Shown here: piece by piece, positions 39,663-50,964 of the stretch | How the letters are laid out: every line of letters starts with the position of its first letter | How positions within the stretch are numbered: the stretch's first letter is position 1 | Assembly (NCBI GenBank): GCA_029838195.1 | Contig: JALGVJ010000022.1 | Span: forward strand, 1-63,537 | Direction of reading: 5' to 3' | Origin: Promethearchaeota archaeon | GTDB lineage: Archaea; Asgardarchaeota; Lokiarchaeia; Sigyniarchaeales; SOKP01 | Length of the DNA: 63,537 bases | Program-made: the position numbers and the translations under genes | The notes under the pieces: generated by a model | What the model was told of the DNA's origin: nothing | The model's input: only the letters and a program-made list of their open reading frames with translations | Database searches by the model: none

Positions 39663-41480
39663 TCATAGATTCTTTTTGGCAACTTCTAAAACCACTTCTT
39701 CGGCTACTTTTTTTACCTCGCGCTCGTAGGCGGACGGCTTATATGCGCCCGCTCCAAGATAATCCATTACCGTGTTAACTTTAGGATTCACTCGCACGTC
39801 TATTACCGCAGGCACGCCTGAATCAAAAGCCCGCTGGAGGGCAGGCTTAATCTCCTTAGGATCGGTGACTAATTCCCCATGACAATTAAAGGCTTCCGCA
39901 TATTTATCATAACGAGTCTCATCACTTAATGAGGATGCTAATCCGAAAGCTTTCTTTCCATGAGCCAATTTTTGAATACGAGCAACCATCCCCCACAATC
40001 TATCGTTATTTATTACAACAACAAACGGTAAATCATGACGCCGAGCCGTATCTAATTCCTTTCCGTTGAAGAGAAAGCTTCCATCTCCCGTCAGGACCAA
40101 AACTTTTTTATCGGGATGAGCATACTTGGTAGCGATGGCACAAGGAACTCCTCCGCCGAGGTGCTGAATACCCAGGCTACCAGCAAAATAAAGCGATTTT
40201 GGAAATCTTGCTTTTAGGAAAAGATATGTAAGTCCCCATACTGTCGTATCTCCGCCATCCAAGATGATATAATCATCGTCATTCAGGAATTCGCCAATTT
40301 CTTTCATGAGCCTCTGGGGTTGAATGGGAATTTTGTCAGAAGAGCCTTCTTTTTCAATTCGGGCTTTGAATTTTTTTAATTGGTCTTGGATGGTTTGTAG
40401 CCATGGGCTTATATCTTTTCCGGGTGTGGTGTTTTTATCAGCGAAATCAAGCAACTGGGTGAGAACGCCACGCACATCCCCCACGATCGGAACATCGATG
40501 GCTCGATTTCTTCCTATTTCTTCTGCCTTGATATCCACTTGAATTATTTTAGCATTATCAGAAAAGCAAGGCATGTAGCCAAAATTCAGTAATTCTGTAA
40601 TTCGGACACCCAATAGCATGATAACGTCTACTTTTTGGAGAAGAACAGTACCCGGTCCATCTAATGGATTAGCGAGTCCAAAATAGAGAGGGTGATCGGG
40701 AGGGAAAGCTCCTAATCCAAAACCCCAGACTCCCACGGGTATTTGGGTTTTTTCTGCGAATTTTAAAAGAACATCGCTCGCTCCAGAAAAACTTGCACCG
40801 CTTCCAGCAATGATTAAAGGGCGCTCGGCATTCATTAATAAATCAAAAGCTTCTTCCACGAGTTCTTGATTTCCTTGCGGTCCTTTCATGGCTCTCAATT
40901 TTTCTCTGGGCTTGAAGGCTTGTTGGACGATATCTAATTGGTCATCGCATTCTTTAACCATGACATCAACTGGCACAAGGAGCAAGACCGGACCGGGGCG
41001 TCCCGTGCTTGCTATGCGAAATGCCATGTTCACATATTCCGGCAAGCGAGCCGTCTCATAGCAATAGCCCGTCCATTTTGTTACTGGGCTGAAGGCTGGA
41101 GCCACATCAATTTCATTCATGGATAACTTTTCAAAATTCATCATGGGAGTGGACGTACAAATCGCAACAATGGGAATGCTTGCATCCCAAGCAATGGGAA
41201 TTGCCGGAAAAAGATCAGTTATTCCGGGTCCTGATTGCACGGAACACACGCCTACTTCGCCTGTGGCTAAATAATATCCCATGGCAGCGTGTCCAGTGGC
41301 CTGTTCATGTCGAAAATCGATGAGGTCGATTCCCGATTCCGTGCAAGATTTATCGGTGCAGTAATTATAAATTAGGTCATTATCTCCACAGAGAGTAAAG
41401 ATTACTTTAACTCCCTGGTTGCTGAGCGCTCGAACAATCAGTTGAGCACCATTAACTTTGGTCATGTTTTTCATTACCAC
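39663..41480 (-). CDS. Thiamine-diphosphate enzyme (acetolactate synthase / 2-hydroxyacyl-CoA lyase family)
   Basis: RHEQ, SGPG, GRPGPV, GDGSF...NN TPP motif. Confidence 0.9.
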   Translation of the reverse strand: MVMKNMTKVNGAQLIVRALSNQGVKVIFTLCGDNDLIYNYCTDKSCTESGIDLIDFRHEQATGHAAMGYYLATGEVGVCSVQSGPGITDLFPAIPIAWDASIPIVAICTSTPMMNFEKLSMNEIDVAPAFSPVTKWTGYCYETARLPEYVNMAFRIASTGRPGPVLLLVPVDVMVKECDDQLDIVQQAFKPREKLRAMKGPQGNQELVEEAFDLLMNAERPLIIAGSGASFSGASDVLLKFAEKTQIPVGVWGFGLGAFPPDHPLYFGLANPLDGPGTVLLQKVDVIMLLGVRITELLNFGYMPCFSDNAKIIQVDIKAEEIGRNRAIDVPIVGDVRGVLTQLLDFADKNTTPGKDISPWLQTIQDQLKKFKARIEKEGSSDKIPIQPQRLMKEIGEFLNDDDYIILDGGDTTVWGLTYLFLKARFPKSLYFAGSLGIQHLGGGVPCAIATKYAHPDKKVLVLTGDGSFLFNGKELDTARRHDLPFVVVINNDRLWGMVARIQKLAHGKKAFGLASSLSDETRYDKYAEAFNCHGELVTDPKEIKPALQRAFDSGVPAVIDVRVNPKVNTVMDYLGAGAYKPSAYEREVKKVAEEVVLEVAKKNL

Positions 41481-41518
41481 CTTTTATTTTATTTTTTTTG
41501 GATAAAAAGATGAAAAAT

Positions 41519-42205
41519 TCACGGATGTCCCATTCGAAGAGAGGAGAGAATATTTTCTAAAAATTTTCGGATGAGTTCCTTGGGGCTGGCTTTAAATTTA
41601 TCTTCACTTAATCTCAGCTCTTCAAGGATCCTCGAGTTATAAAGAGAGAGCATCCCATGGAGCTCGCACCAGATTTTCAATGTCAAGAATTTGGTATCCA
41701 TGCCTTTTAATTTCGGATTGGTCTGAGAGTACCGGAACATGAGGTCATTGGCAAGCTTCCAAATTTTTAAGGCTTCTTTCACTTGATTAAATGCTACTTC
41801 TTCGCTTTCCGTTCCGATGTAATCCGTCGATTTTGGAGAGAACCGATTAAACATCATGTCATAGCGGAAGGGATATCTTAGGCCAAATTCAATGTAAGCG
41901 GAAAAACAAGCCTTGATTTTTTCTTCAATGGAGGGTTGCTTGCTGATTGCTCTCACGATCATTCCATGCAATTCTTTATAACTTTCATTATCTAAGTATA
42001 GATAAAGCTCTTCTTTATTAATGAAATAATTATAAAGGTTAGCGGCGGTCATGTTCATCCGTTTAGCGAGCTTTCTCATGGTTAATTTGTCAAATCCTTC
42101 TTCAATAATGATATCCAAGGCTTTTTCCAAAATTCTTTTCTTGACATTATCTATTTCCAGAGAACTTCTTCTTGTTTTAGGCATTTTCGCGTGAGAATGG
42201 GACAT
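41519..42205 (-). CDS. TetR/AcrR family regulator
   Basis: ILEKALDII.EEGFDKLTMRKLA...AANLYNYF..KEEL; WCELHG. Confidence 0.9.
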   Translation of the reverse strand: MSHSHAKMPKTRRSSLEIDNVKKRILEKALDIIIEEGFDKLTMRKLAKRMNMTAANLYNYFINKEELYLYLDNESYKELHGMIVRAISKQPSIEEKIKACFSAYIEFGLRYPFRYDMMFNRFSPKSTDYIGTESEEVAFNQVKEALKIWKLANDLMFRYSQTNPKLKGMDTKFLTLKIWCELHGMLSLYNSRILEELRLSEDKFKASPKELIRKFLENILSSLRMGHP

Positions 42206-42226
42206 TCATTTTTTCAACATGTAATG

Positions 42227-42249
42227 AACGGCGTTAAGTTAACGCTGTT
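42227..42249. promoter_or_regulatory. Candidate TetR operator
   Basis: AACGGCGTTAA-G-TTAACGCTGTT, an 11-1-11 inverted repeat with one mismatch, about 21 bp upstream of the tetR start. Confidence 0.7.
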
Positions 42250-42669
42250 AAAATTATTATTGATTCGATCCTATTTAAAGATTTCTATCTAATAAAATCG
42301 AAAAACTAAAGGGAAGAGACTTGATTCATAGTATTAAATAAAATGAGCTTCGATGAGTGATTTGCATTCTTGAAAAGAGTAGCGATTAAAGAGGCTAAAA
42401 ATTTTACTTTTTAGATGACTGATAAAGGGATTTAAAAATTTACAATAGGAAAAATTGAGAGATGAGAAATCTCAATCTTAAAAAAAGAGATAAGAGAGAG
42501 GGGATAAGAGATAAATAATAAAATTAAGATAAGAAAATACTTGAAAGAAAAAAGAGAAAAAATATTTTCCTAGGAAGGGAGTTTCATTTCATATTAAAAA
42601 AGAGCTGGATGAAAAATTTAAGAAAAGATAAAAAAACATGAAAAACAAAAAATTCATGCTTTCTTGTAA

Positions 42670-44271
42670 TTAATCGGCGCCTTCAGATTTAGCGCCTTTG
42701 GCATTAATGATCCGGTCTACTCTTAAAACGAGGTTTGCTAGTTCCGTTCCCGATTTAATGATTTGCGAGACTAATCCTGCCGGTTCGATGATCCCTTTCT
42801 TGAAATTATCTCCAATTTCATTATTAATCGTGTCAATGCCAATCCACTTGTCGGCGTCAGATTTATGAGCTGCTCTTAACGACGTGATTTTCTCGATCTC
42901 ATCTAAGCCTGCATTCTTTATCAAGGTAATTGGAATTTCCTCTAGCGCCAGGGCGAATGATATCACGGCGATTTGTTCTTTTCCACTAATTTCATTAGCA
43001 TAACTTCTAATACGTTTTGCCAATTCAACCCAGATTGCGCCTCCTCCGGCTACTACTTTTTTAGTGTCCATGATTTTTGCGATAATGCAAAGAACATCAT
43101 GAAGGGACGTTTCTGCTGAATTGAGGATTTTTTCTAATCCACCTTTTAACAAGATGGAAACACTTTTTGGATTCTTGCAGCCTTCTAATAAGGTATAATC
43201 GTTATCACCGATTTTTTCAAATTTAACCCTCTCGGCATATCCTAAATCATCTTCGCTTAATGAATTAAGGTCATCCACGAGTTTAGCACCGGTAGCTTTC
43301 AGAACCGCTTTTATATCACTTTCTCCCAGGCTTTTAATAGCTCCGATGCCTTCACGGGCCAAATAAGCTCCAAATTTATCGGAAATGTCTTGACTATTGA
43401 TGACCATGTTAACACCTAACTCTTTAAAGATCTTGAGATAGTCCTTCAAGATCTGCTCTTCTCTATCCTTAAAAAGTTGAATGTCAGCAGCATTGGATAT
43501 CCTAATCTCGGCATCGAATTCTGTTTTCGTGACATCTAATTTCCTACGGATGACCGCAATCTTGGCATTCTTGATCACGTCAGGCATGCCGGCACTGACT
43601 TTCTCCTTCTCGAGATAAAGCCCATCGATCAGTTTTGAATCACTCAGAGACTTTCCCGGCGCTTTCACGATTTTAATATCATCAACCTTCGCAAAAGCAT
43701 TTCCATCTTCACCAGCCACTTTTTTAACGGCTTTTAATGCTAAATCGGCAAAAAAATGCTTTTGTCCCGCAATATCCTTGGAATTCATCGCAGTTATTGC
43801 AGCATTCTTTAATACCTCGTCATTATCGCTGGAAACGGTTTCAGCAATTTCATCAATGATTTGCAGCGCTTTTTGAGAAGCTAATCGATAGCCGTGAATG
43901 ATGTGTTTGGGATGGATTCCTTGTTCTGTTAATTCTAAAGAATTTTCTAACAATTTAGCTGCAAAAAGGACGGTAGAAGTAGTTCCGTCTCCCACCTCCT
44001 TGTCAGTGGCTTTGGCCAGATTTACCATCATATTGGCAGCTACGTTTTCAATATCAAGCTTGTCCAGAATCTCAGCGCCATCGTTTGTAATGGTAACATC
44101 TCCTAGTGAATCGACCAACATTTTATCCATGCCCTTGGGCCCTAAAGTTGAGCGAACGGTTTCTGTTATTGCCATAATTGCTTTAATATTCTGATAACGA
44201 GCTTCTTTTTCGCGAACATCTTCTGTTCCTTCTTTTAATATTATGATTGGTACGGATGACATGATTTTCAC
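42670..44271 (-). CDS. ths: Group II chaperonin (thermosome) subunit
   Basis: TLGPKGMDKM, TNDGAEIL, GDGTTS, AGGGA. Confidence 0.95.
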   Translation of the reverse strand: MKIMSSVPIIILKEGTEDVREKEARYQNIKAIMAITETVRSTLGPKGMDKMLVDSLGDVTITNDGAEILDKLDIENVAANMMVNLAKATDKEVGDGTTSTVLFAAKLLENSLELTEQGIHPKHIIHGYRLASQKALQIIDEIAETVSSDNDEVLKNAAITAMNSKDIAGQKHFFADLALKAVKKVAGEDGNAFAKVDDIKIVKAPGKSLSDSKLIDGLYLEKEKVSAGMPDVIKNAKIAVIRRKLDVTKTEFDAEIRISNAADIQLFKDREEQILKDYLKIFKELGVNMVINSQDISDKFGAYLAREGIGAIKSLGESDIKAVLKATGAKLVDDLNSLSEDDLGYAERVKFEKIGDNDYTLLEGCKNPKSVSILLKGGLEKILNSAETSLHDVLCIIAKIMDTKKVVAGGGAIWVELAKRIRSYANEISGKEQIAVISFALALEEIPITLIKNAGLDEIEKITSLRAAHKSDADKWIGIDTINNEIGDNFKKGIIEPAGLVSQIIKSGTELANLVLRVDRIINAKGAKSEGAD

Positions 44272-44745
44272 CTATTTTATTAATTTTATACGATCCTTCA
44301 ATTTTTATGATATAGAGATCTTTATATAATAAAAATTTTCCCAATATTAATATGTTTTTCAATGGCCTATAAAGGAGCGTACTTAAATTGAGATGTTAAA
44401 GATGGATTTAGATCATTTTCAGGAGGGGAGGGGAGTAATAAAGATGACCTCCATAAAAAAAAATCCCTTTTTCATAATAAAAATTCGGTCTATTTATTAG
44501 TGTTCCTTCTTTTAAATTCATGAGTGGCGTTAAACATGAAAGAACGTGGATTTTTTTCGACCAAGGGATGAAATGCAATTCATGGTAAAGGAAAAATATC
44601 ATGGAATGCACGCTTTACGAAGGAACTCAATCACCTTTATATCATTTCTTAGCTTGGAAGAAAGATGAAAAGTTTTTAATTTCATTTCATTTAAGAATTC
44701 AATAATTACACTTTAGAAAAAGAAAAAATAAGAGGTAAAAAATAA

Positions 44746-45402
44746 ATGATTTTACAGGCACTAAATAAGCCGGAAGCCACCACGCAAGCACTATCTATAC
44801 TTAGAAAGGGAGATAACTTCAATTTCTACGTGATTTTCATGTTAGTCGTGGTCATTTTTATTTATAATAGCGAAATTCAAAAGAAAAACTATAAGGGGAT
44901 TGCTGCGGGCATGATGCTCTACATGATTCATTGGTTTGTCGAAATCATTAATGCGCTCATCCAGAAATTTTCAGGGCATGCTTTATGGACCGTTCCTACG
45001 GGTACTGCCTTTTTAATTCTTGTAGGTGTTGGAATTGAATTGAGCTTGATGTTTTCAATTGCGGGATTAGCGGCTAGCAAACTTCTTCCCGATGATCCTA
45101 ACGAGAAATTATTTGGAATAAATGTTCGATGGGCGTTTGGTATAGGTTTTGCAGCTTTAGCCTCCATCATTGAAATTTTTCTCGTGATGACGCCGACATT
45201 CGTTTGGGTCTATTGGTGGTGGAATTCTCTTACGGTTTTCATGTTTGTATACATTCCTTTCTTTGTAGGGGCAAATTATGCATATTATTGGGAGCCAAGG
45301 AAGCAGAAATTAGTAATTGGCACTTTAGCGTTAATAAATGCTGGGTTATTGCTTATTTTTGCGGTAATATTACCCCTTGCAACGGGAGAAATTTGGATAT
45401 AA
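44746..45402 (+). CDS. Conserved hypothetical multi-pass membrane protein
   Basis: About 6-7 hydrophobic segments, GAGGT SD, oligo-T tract after the stop. Confidence 0.75.
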   Translation: MILQALNKPEATTQALSILRKGDNFNFYVIFMLVVVIFIYNSEIQKKNYKGIAAGMMLYMIHWFVEIINALIQKFSGHALWTVPTGTAFLILVGVGIELSLMFSIAGLAASKLLPDDPNEKLFGINVRWAFGIGFAALASIIEIFLVMTPTFVWVYWWWNSLTVFMFVYIPFFVGANYAYYWEPRKQKLVIGTLALINAGLLLIFAVILPLATGEIWI

Positions 45403-45580
45403 TTCTTTCTTTTTTTTTTTGGATTTTTTATTTTTTCTACCTCAATTGGCTTATATTTTATTAATTAAATTTCTATTATTTTTCCACGGGATAGAGGAAA
45501 AACCATGGAAAAAAGGGATTCTTTTTATTTTTGGATTTATAGGAAAAGAAGAAAGAAAGAGGGAAGCAATATTAAAAAAA

Positions 45581-45985
45581 TCACCCAAACATTCTTTCTT
45601 TAGTGATTTTAGTGATCTTTATCTTTCTAATCTTTCTAAATTGGAGTAAAATTAGAAAGAGCAGCATTATAACCAGAATTAATCCGATATGACCGTAACT
45701 TTTAGGCTTTACATAGAAAATAATAGCCGGATTTTGATTGGAATAATAATGCATCAATTGATAAATCATGATGATTCCTGTCAGAAACTCTAAGGGTATG
45801 AAAATCATGAAATAGAAGACAAATTCTAAAATGAATGATTTGTCATTTTCGGAGTCCCTCATCCCAATTGCCTTGAAATTAAAAAAATACCTCTAAAGAA
45901 TTGTTTAACTCTTTTTTTTTAACTGATTTTCCATCCGGATATTCTGGATGATGGAAGATAAATTTTGAACCCGGTTTGCTGCTCA
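45581..45985 (-). pseudogene. Degenerate copy of the 3' end of the ABC permease gene at 48545-50944
   Basis: Ends LQFRKIRKIKITKITKERMFG versus LQFRKIRKINIIKITKERMFG; upstream ELNNSLE match; internal deletion and frameshifts. Confidence 0.85.
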
Positions 45986-46264
45986 ATACATTATCTTGAA
46001 TTGAATTTGAATATTCAATGGATCTCAAGTGAAAATGAAAATTATACTTAAACCATTTAAAAAGCACGCAAAAAGGATTAAAAAAAAAACGCACAATTAA
46101 TTTCTTGAATTAATTTCCCTTGAATAATTTTTTATAGTAGTATAAAAAAAATTCCTTGCGAACTAAAATTCGCTTCTAATCACTAAAATTTTTTCCTTTA
46201 ATTATAAGATGGATTATATCAAGGAAAAAAAAAAAATAAATAAATATATGTAATTTTTTATTGT

Positions 46265-47737
46265 TTAACGTCCAACTTCTAGCAATTTTTGCGTGTTTTC
46301 TTTGACTTTCTCCTCTGTTAAATCGTATAAAAAGTAGAAAAGAATCCCCACAATTACTGTAGCAATTCCTAACACGATGGTTAAGTTGAATTTCAAGGAA
46401 AATTTCGCAAGAACAGTATTAGCTGTTCCGAGAGTCGGGTCGTAGCCAAAAATGGCCCAAATTGTTGCAAAAACAAACATTTGAATAGTAGTATTCGTCG
46501 AACGAACAGCCCCATTTATGGCACCATATTGAGCACATTCACGACTCCCGTGTTTCAATATGGAATCATCTAATGCATTTTTCATGAATACAGCTGATGC
46601 CGAATTTTGAATACCTAAACCTGCTGATGCTACGAAAATCATTAGCGTAAGATCCATGATACCGGTGGTAAATATAGCTAAAAAAAATGCAATCGCAGTA
46701 ATAACAATTCCAATTAAATAAGTCTTCCTTGCTCCGTATTTTTTTTGAAGGAAATAACCGATAGGGGCAAAACTTGATAAACCTAAAACAATTCCTACTT
46801 GTGGTATACTAGCCATGCTAATATTTAATCCAAGTCCATCTATTACATAATAAGATATACCTACCGTAGCACATGTGGAGCAAAAAGCCCAGTATAGGGA
46901 AGCTACCATCCAGGCAACCCAGTTTCGATCTGTAAATGCATGTTTTATAACTTGTAATAGGGGTGCTCGTTCGACTTTCTCATCCAGCTCTGCTGTAAAT
47001 TCTCGCATCTCTTTGGGGGGATATACAGCCCATGCCCTTATTGGTAAAAAGGCAAAAATCAATAATGCCAAAACTATTGCAACCGAAAAAAAAGCATTAG
47101 GATTACCAGCTCGACCATATTCATCATAAGCATTAAAGTAACTTAATAAAAGCGGCACTATTAACATACCTATCAATAATCCGACGAACATGTGCATTAT
47201 CCCGTATATTAATGAGGCTCGGCGCCGAGTTTCCTGATCTCGCATTAAATCAACTTCATACCCCACATCACTCATTTCTCCCATCGTAAAAAAGCAATCG
47301 AATATTGCATAGATGAAAGCAATATAAATTAAGGCAGGAATTTCCATATTTGGGTCAACTAAACCACCACCTGGCTTTATATTCCATGGAATATAGAGCA
47401 ATATTAAAAAGATAGCCATTCCTATAAAAGAGAGGATGAAAAAGATGAAGCGTTTTCCAAACCTTCTCGTGAATTTTGTATTTTTATCGGAAAGCCTTGC
47501 GAAGAGGATATCATTCAAGATATCTACTATAACGAAGATTTGCATGAAAATTGCTACCAAGAAGGGGTTTAATCCAAGAATTTTCGTACTATAGATTTGA
47601 ATTTGTTGGACAAAGGGGTATATCATCACCCATACGAGGCCTCCTGTAGATAGTGCAAGAAGTCTCACTACTGAAGGTTTTTGATACCTTCTATCTATCC
47701 CTGTAGGTTCTATTTCTTTACTCATTTTTCTGGGCAC
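46265..47737 (-). CDS. MFS transporter, GPH family
   Basis: DILNDILFARLSDK, FGKRF, DDSILKHGSRE; about 12 TM segments. Confidence 0.85.
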   Translation of the reverse strand: MPRKMSKEIEPTGIDRRYQKPSVVRLLALSTGGLVWVMIYPFVQQIQIYSTKILGLNPFLVAIFMQIFVIVDILNDILFARLSDKNTKFTRRFGKRFIFFILSFIGMAIFLILLYIPWNIKPGGGLVDPNMEIPALIYIAFIYAIFDCFFTMGEMSDVGYEVDLMRDQETRRRASLIYGIMHMFVGLLIGMLIVPLLLSYFNAYDEYGRAGNPNAFFSVAIVLALLIFAFLPIRAWAVYPPKEMREFTAELDEKVERAPLLQVIKHAFTDRNWVAWMVASLYWAFCSTCATVGISYYVIDGLGLNISMASIPQVGIVLGLSSFAPIGYFLQKKYGARKTYLIGIVITAIAFFLAIFTTGIMDLTLMIFVASAGLGIQNSASAVFMKNALDDSILKHGSRECAQYGAINGAVRSTNTTIQMFVFATIWAIFGYDPTLGTANTVLAKFSLKFNLTIVLGIATVIVGILFYFLYDLTEEKVKENTQKLLEVGR

Positions 47738-47955
47738 TTCGATTGTTTTATTTTTTAATTATTAATTTAATTTCCTTTTTTTTTTTCTAATCGATAAAAA
47801 TTTTTTAAAAAATTTTCAAAATATATAATAATAATATAACTTGCATTCAAATTCTATAAAAAGATATATTATTTTTCATTAAGTTAAGGATTTTTCAATC
47901 AAATAGAATTATTTCACTAATTAATTCAAAAAAGTCAATTGAACACCAAAATATA

Positions 47956-48333
47956 ATGAAACTCAACGATAATTTCTACGTTAATATGGATTTCATTCCC
48001 TCTAATTGGGTTAAAGAAGATTTAATTTTATTGATAAAAAACATCAGATCTGAAATTGAGCGTCAATTTTCGCACATTATAGTGGTTTATCACGAAAGAC
48101 GAGCAAACACGCGTGGATTAGAAATGGTGTCAAAACATCGCTATTTAATTTTAATTTTAGATCTTCTCAAAATTAATACTGCCTAAAAACTCGGTAGACC
48201 TGGCCTAATTGGGAAAGCTCGGACCTTTACCATAACAAAAGGTATTGATTTTTATTCGGTATTTCCTGAAATTGCAAAAAATGACGGTTTTCAAATTCTT
48301 TTACCCGATTACTCACGGAATCCGACAATTTAA
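47956..48333 (+). mobile_element. Transposase C-terminal remnant (DDE-type) with internal stop
   Basis: RSEIERQFS resembles the R(x)2IE(x)2F motif around the catalytic Glu; the frame continues past TAA 48184-48186 to 48333. Confidence 0.45.
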
Positions 48334-48544
48334 GGATTGGGATAATTACGATTTTAGGCGGAATACGGTTCAAAAGATTTTAAAATGAGATTTATATATA
48401 GTTTTAAAAATACTCTTAATTGAATCTCTATTATTTTTCTATAAGTAATAAGTAAGATGAGAAACGTGGAGAAAATATTATTTTTCTTCGATTTTTAATC
48501 CACAAGAAAGAAACGAGTAGGAAGGAAGCAATAAGGATAAAAAA

Positions 48545-50944
48545 TCATCCAAACATTCTTTCTTTAGTGATTTTAATGATATTTATCTTTCTAATTTTTC
48601 TAAATTGGAGTAAGAGTAAAATCACCATCATCATTACGAGTATTAACCCTACATTCCAATAGCTTTCAAGCTTAATGTGAAAAACAAGCCCCGGATTCTG
48701 AATAGAATAATACTGCATCAACTGGTAATTCATTAGGATTCCAAATAAGAATCCTAAGGGCACGGATATTATGAAATAGAAGATGCATTCTAGGATGAAT
48801 GATTTAACAATTTCGGAATCTTTTATCCCGATTGCTTTCAAATTAGCATAATCTTCCAAACTATATTCTACAATATTTTTAATGATGGTTGTCATAATTA
48901 GCAATCCAAATATCATGAAAATCATCGAAAAGGTAATGGTAAATAGGGAAAACAACTCCAATGAGTTGTTTAATTCTTCTTGTAGCTGATCTTTCATCTG
49001 GACATTCTGGACGGGAGCTAAATTTTGAACTTGATTTGCTGCTCTTTCAGAATCGTGTTTAATCAAGAAATAAATGGTATTGACTTGATTGGAAAGCTTC
49101 AATACTTTTTGAGCCAATTTTAAGGTGATGAAAACGGTGCGTTCAGTTAAATCATTCACCGTATCAATTATTTTTACGGCATATCCCTCCTCCGTTTCTT
49201 TAGAGGTATATTTTTTGAGATAAATCATGTCACCAATTTTAAGGTTAAAAGTAAATAAAACATCCTTAGAAACGAAAACGCCATTCTCGGAGGAAAGTGT
49301 TAAATTATTTTCAGATGGAACTTGGAACAATTTAGCATTTTCTTCATGAGCATTTAATAATAACGATCCGGCGGAGCTTCCTGCTTTTTCTTTGGAAAAA
49401 AGTATAGTATCAACTATTCCAAATTCAAAATATTTCACTTCAGAACATGTATCGAGCTTTTTTCTTAAAATATTCGCGTGTTCATGATTCCAAGTCTTAG
49501 CAACTCCGTCCCAACGTTCTATTTCTTCAATTTTTCTATTTAAGGAACGCTCTATCGAATCGGGAAGACCAAAAGAAAATAAAAGGAAAGTCGTGGAAAG
49601 CATTAAAGTGAATAAAATAAAAAGAGTTTGAAATTTTTTGCCAAAAATTCTGCGAATGACATATTTTTTAAAAGGAGGAAGGGAGATTTTCATTTTTAAA
49701 AGAATTTTTTCTACAAGATTTTTCTTTTCTAAAAATTTCATTTCTTGCTTAAGAACTTGCTGAACATCCATTTTAAATGATTTTTTAACAATTACGAGGG
49801 TTAACAAGAAGGAACTTAAATATAGAATGGTAAAAATTAATAGAAGATTATTAAGATTAAATTCTGTTTGAAAGGCAAAGGGATATCCTAAAAGAGAAGC
49901 TAAAGCACTGCTAAGGGGGATGTTGAGCAAATTTCCGATAATTGAGCCAAATCCAAGCGATATTCCATTTATCAACGAGTTAAAAATGAGATAACTTAAA
50001 ATTATCTCTTTTTTATTCGCACCAAGGCTCTGAAAGACGGATATGAATTTTAAATCATATTCGATGAGCCGGTGAATCACGGTAATTAGGATTACCAAAG
50101 AGCCCCCAATAAAAATGATTGATAGAAGTCCAAGAAATTGTCGATCTGATTCTTCATCTTCTCTCATGGTTTTAAAAAAGGGATGATCTTCTCGAAAAAT
50201 AATAGATTTAACACGATCTCCCAGAACCTCTTTCACAGCATTTTTTATTTCTTCTCGTGATTTATTTTTCTCTGATTTATATAATACCAAATTAACCAAA
50301 GGTACTTTTTCTTTTAAAAAATATTTATTTATATAATCTAGACTAACATACAAAACAGGATACGGTGTAAATTGGGGAAAAGCCATTGTTTCGTGAAGAG
50401 GAACATAGCGAAATTCTGGGTTATACCCTACATTTTTAATAATGACCCGTTTTTCTTTATTTCCAAATCTAATGGTAATTTCCTCTCCTATAGATACGTT
50501 GTTCTCTTTAGCAAATTCTGCATTCAAGCAAAATTCTTGCTCCTGGATTTCGTTTTTATTTTCGCTTAAAAGCACGTTAATGTGAGCATTCGAGTGAGAA
50601 TCAATACCCACTACAATTCCTTGATACTCCACTCCTTTAATTAGGAATTCGAATTCTAGAACCATGCGCACTTGATATTCTTCTACATATTTGTTCAATA
50701 ATTTATTCATGCTATTTTTAATGATATAATCCCGTGATGGATTAAGATTTACCATGCCATCTGCAAAATCGGTCATCTCTACCATTTCATTAACAAATTT
50801 GGAACGTGCATCTTGCATATCAAACATTACGGAACTAAAGGAAATGGTGAACATGAGGATCACGATAAGCGGGATCGTTTTTCCTTTGTTTTTACTAATG
50901 GTCCGATAACCTTTTTTCCACGCGAACCATTTTGAAAAGTTCAT
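48545..50944 (-). CDS. FtsX-family ABC permease (two modules)
   Basis: Two 4-TM modules, FQSLGA and LKAIGI motifs; downstream of an ATPase. Confidence 0.85.
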   Translation of the reverse strand: MNFSKWFAWKKGYRTISKNKGKTIPLIVILMFTISFSSVMFDMQDARSKFVNEMVEMTDFADGMVNLNPSRDYIIKNSMNKLLNKYVEEYQVRMVLEFEFLIKGVEYQGIVVGIDSHSNAHINVLLSENKNEIQEQEFCLNAEFAKENNVSIGEEITIRFGNKEKRVIIKNVGYNPEFRYVPLHETMAFPQFTPYPVLYVSLDYINKYFLKEKVPLVNLVLYKSEKNKSREEIKNAVKEVLGDRVKSIIFREDHPFFKTMREDEESDRQFLGLLSIIFIGGSLVILITVIHRLIEYDLKFISVFQSLGANKKEIILSYLIFNSLINGISLGFGSIIGNLLNIPLSSALASLLGYPFAFQTEFNLNNLLLIFTILYLSSFLLTLVIVKKSFKMDVQQVLKQEMKFLEKKNLVEKILLKMKISLPPFKKYVIRRIFGKKFQTLFILFTLMLSTTFLLFSFGLPDSIERSLNRKIEEIERWDGVAKTWNHEHANILRKKLDTCSEVKYFEFGIVDTILFSKEKAGSSAGSLLLNAHEENAKLFQVPSENNLTLSSENGVFVSKDVLFTFNLKIGDMIYLKKYTSKETEEGYAVKIIDTVNDLTERTVFITLKLAQKVLKLSNQVNTIYFLIKHDSERAANQVQNLAPVQNVQMKDQLQEELNNSLELFSLFTITFSMIFMIFGLLIMTTIIKNIVEYSLEDYANLKAIGIKDSEIVKSFILECIFYFIISVPLGFLFGILMNYQLMQYYSIQNPGLVFHIKLESYWNVGLILVMMMVILLLLQFRKIRKINIIKITKERMFG

Positions 50945-50964
50945 TTCTCAACCTCCTTGTCTAT

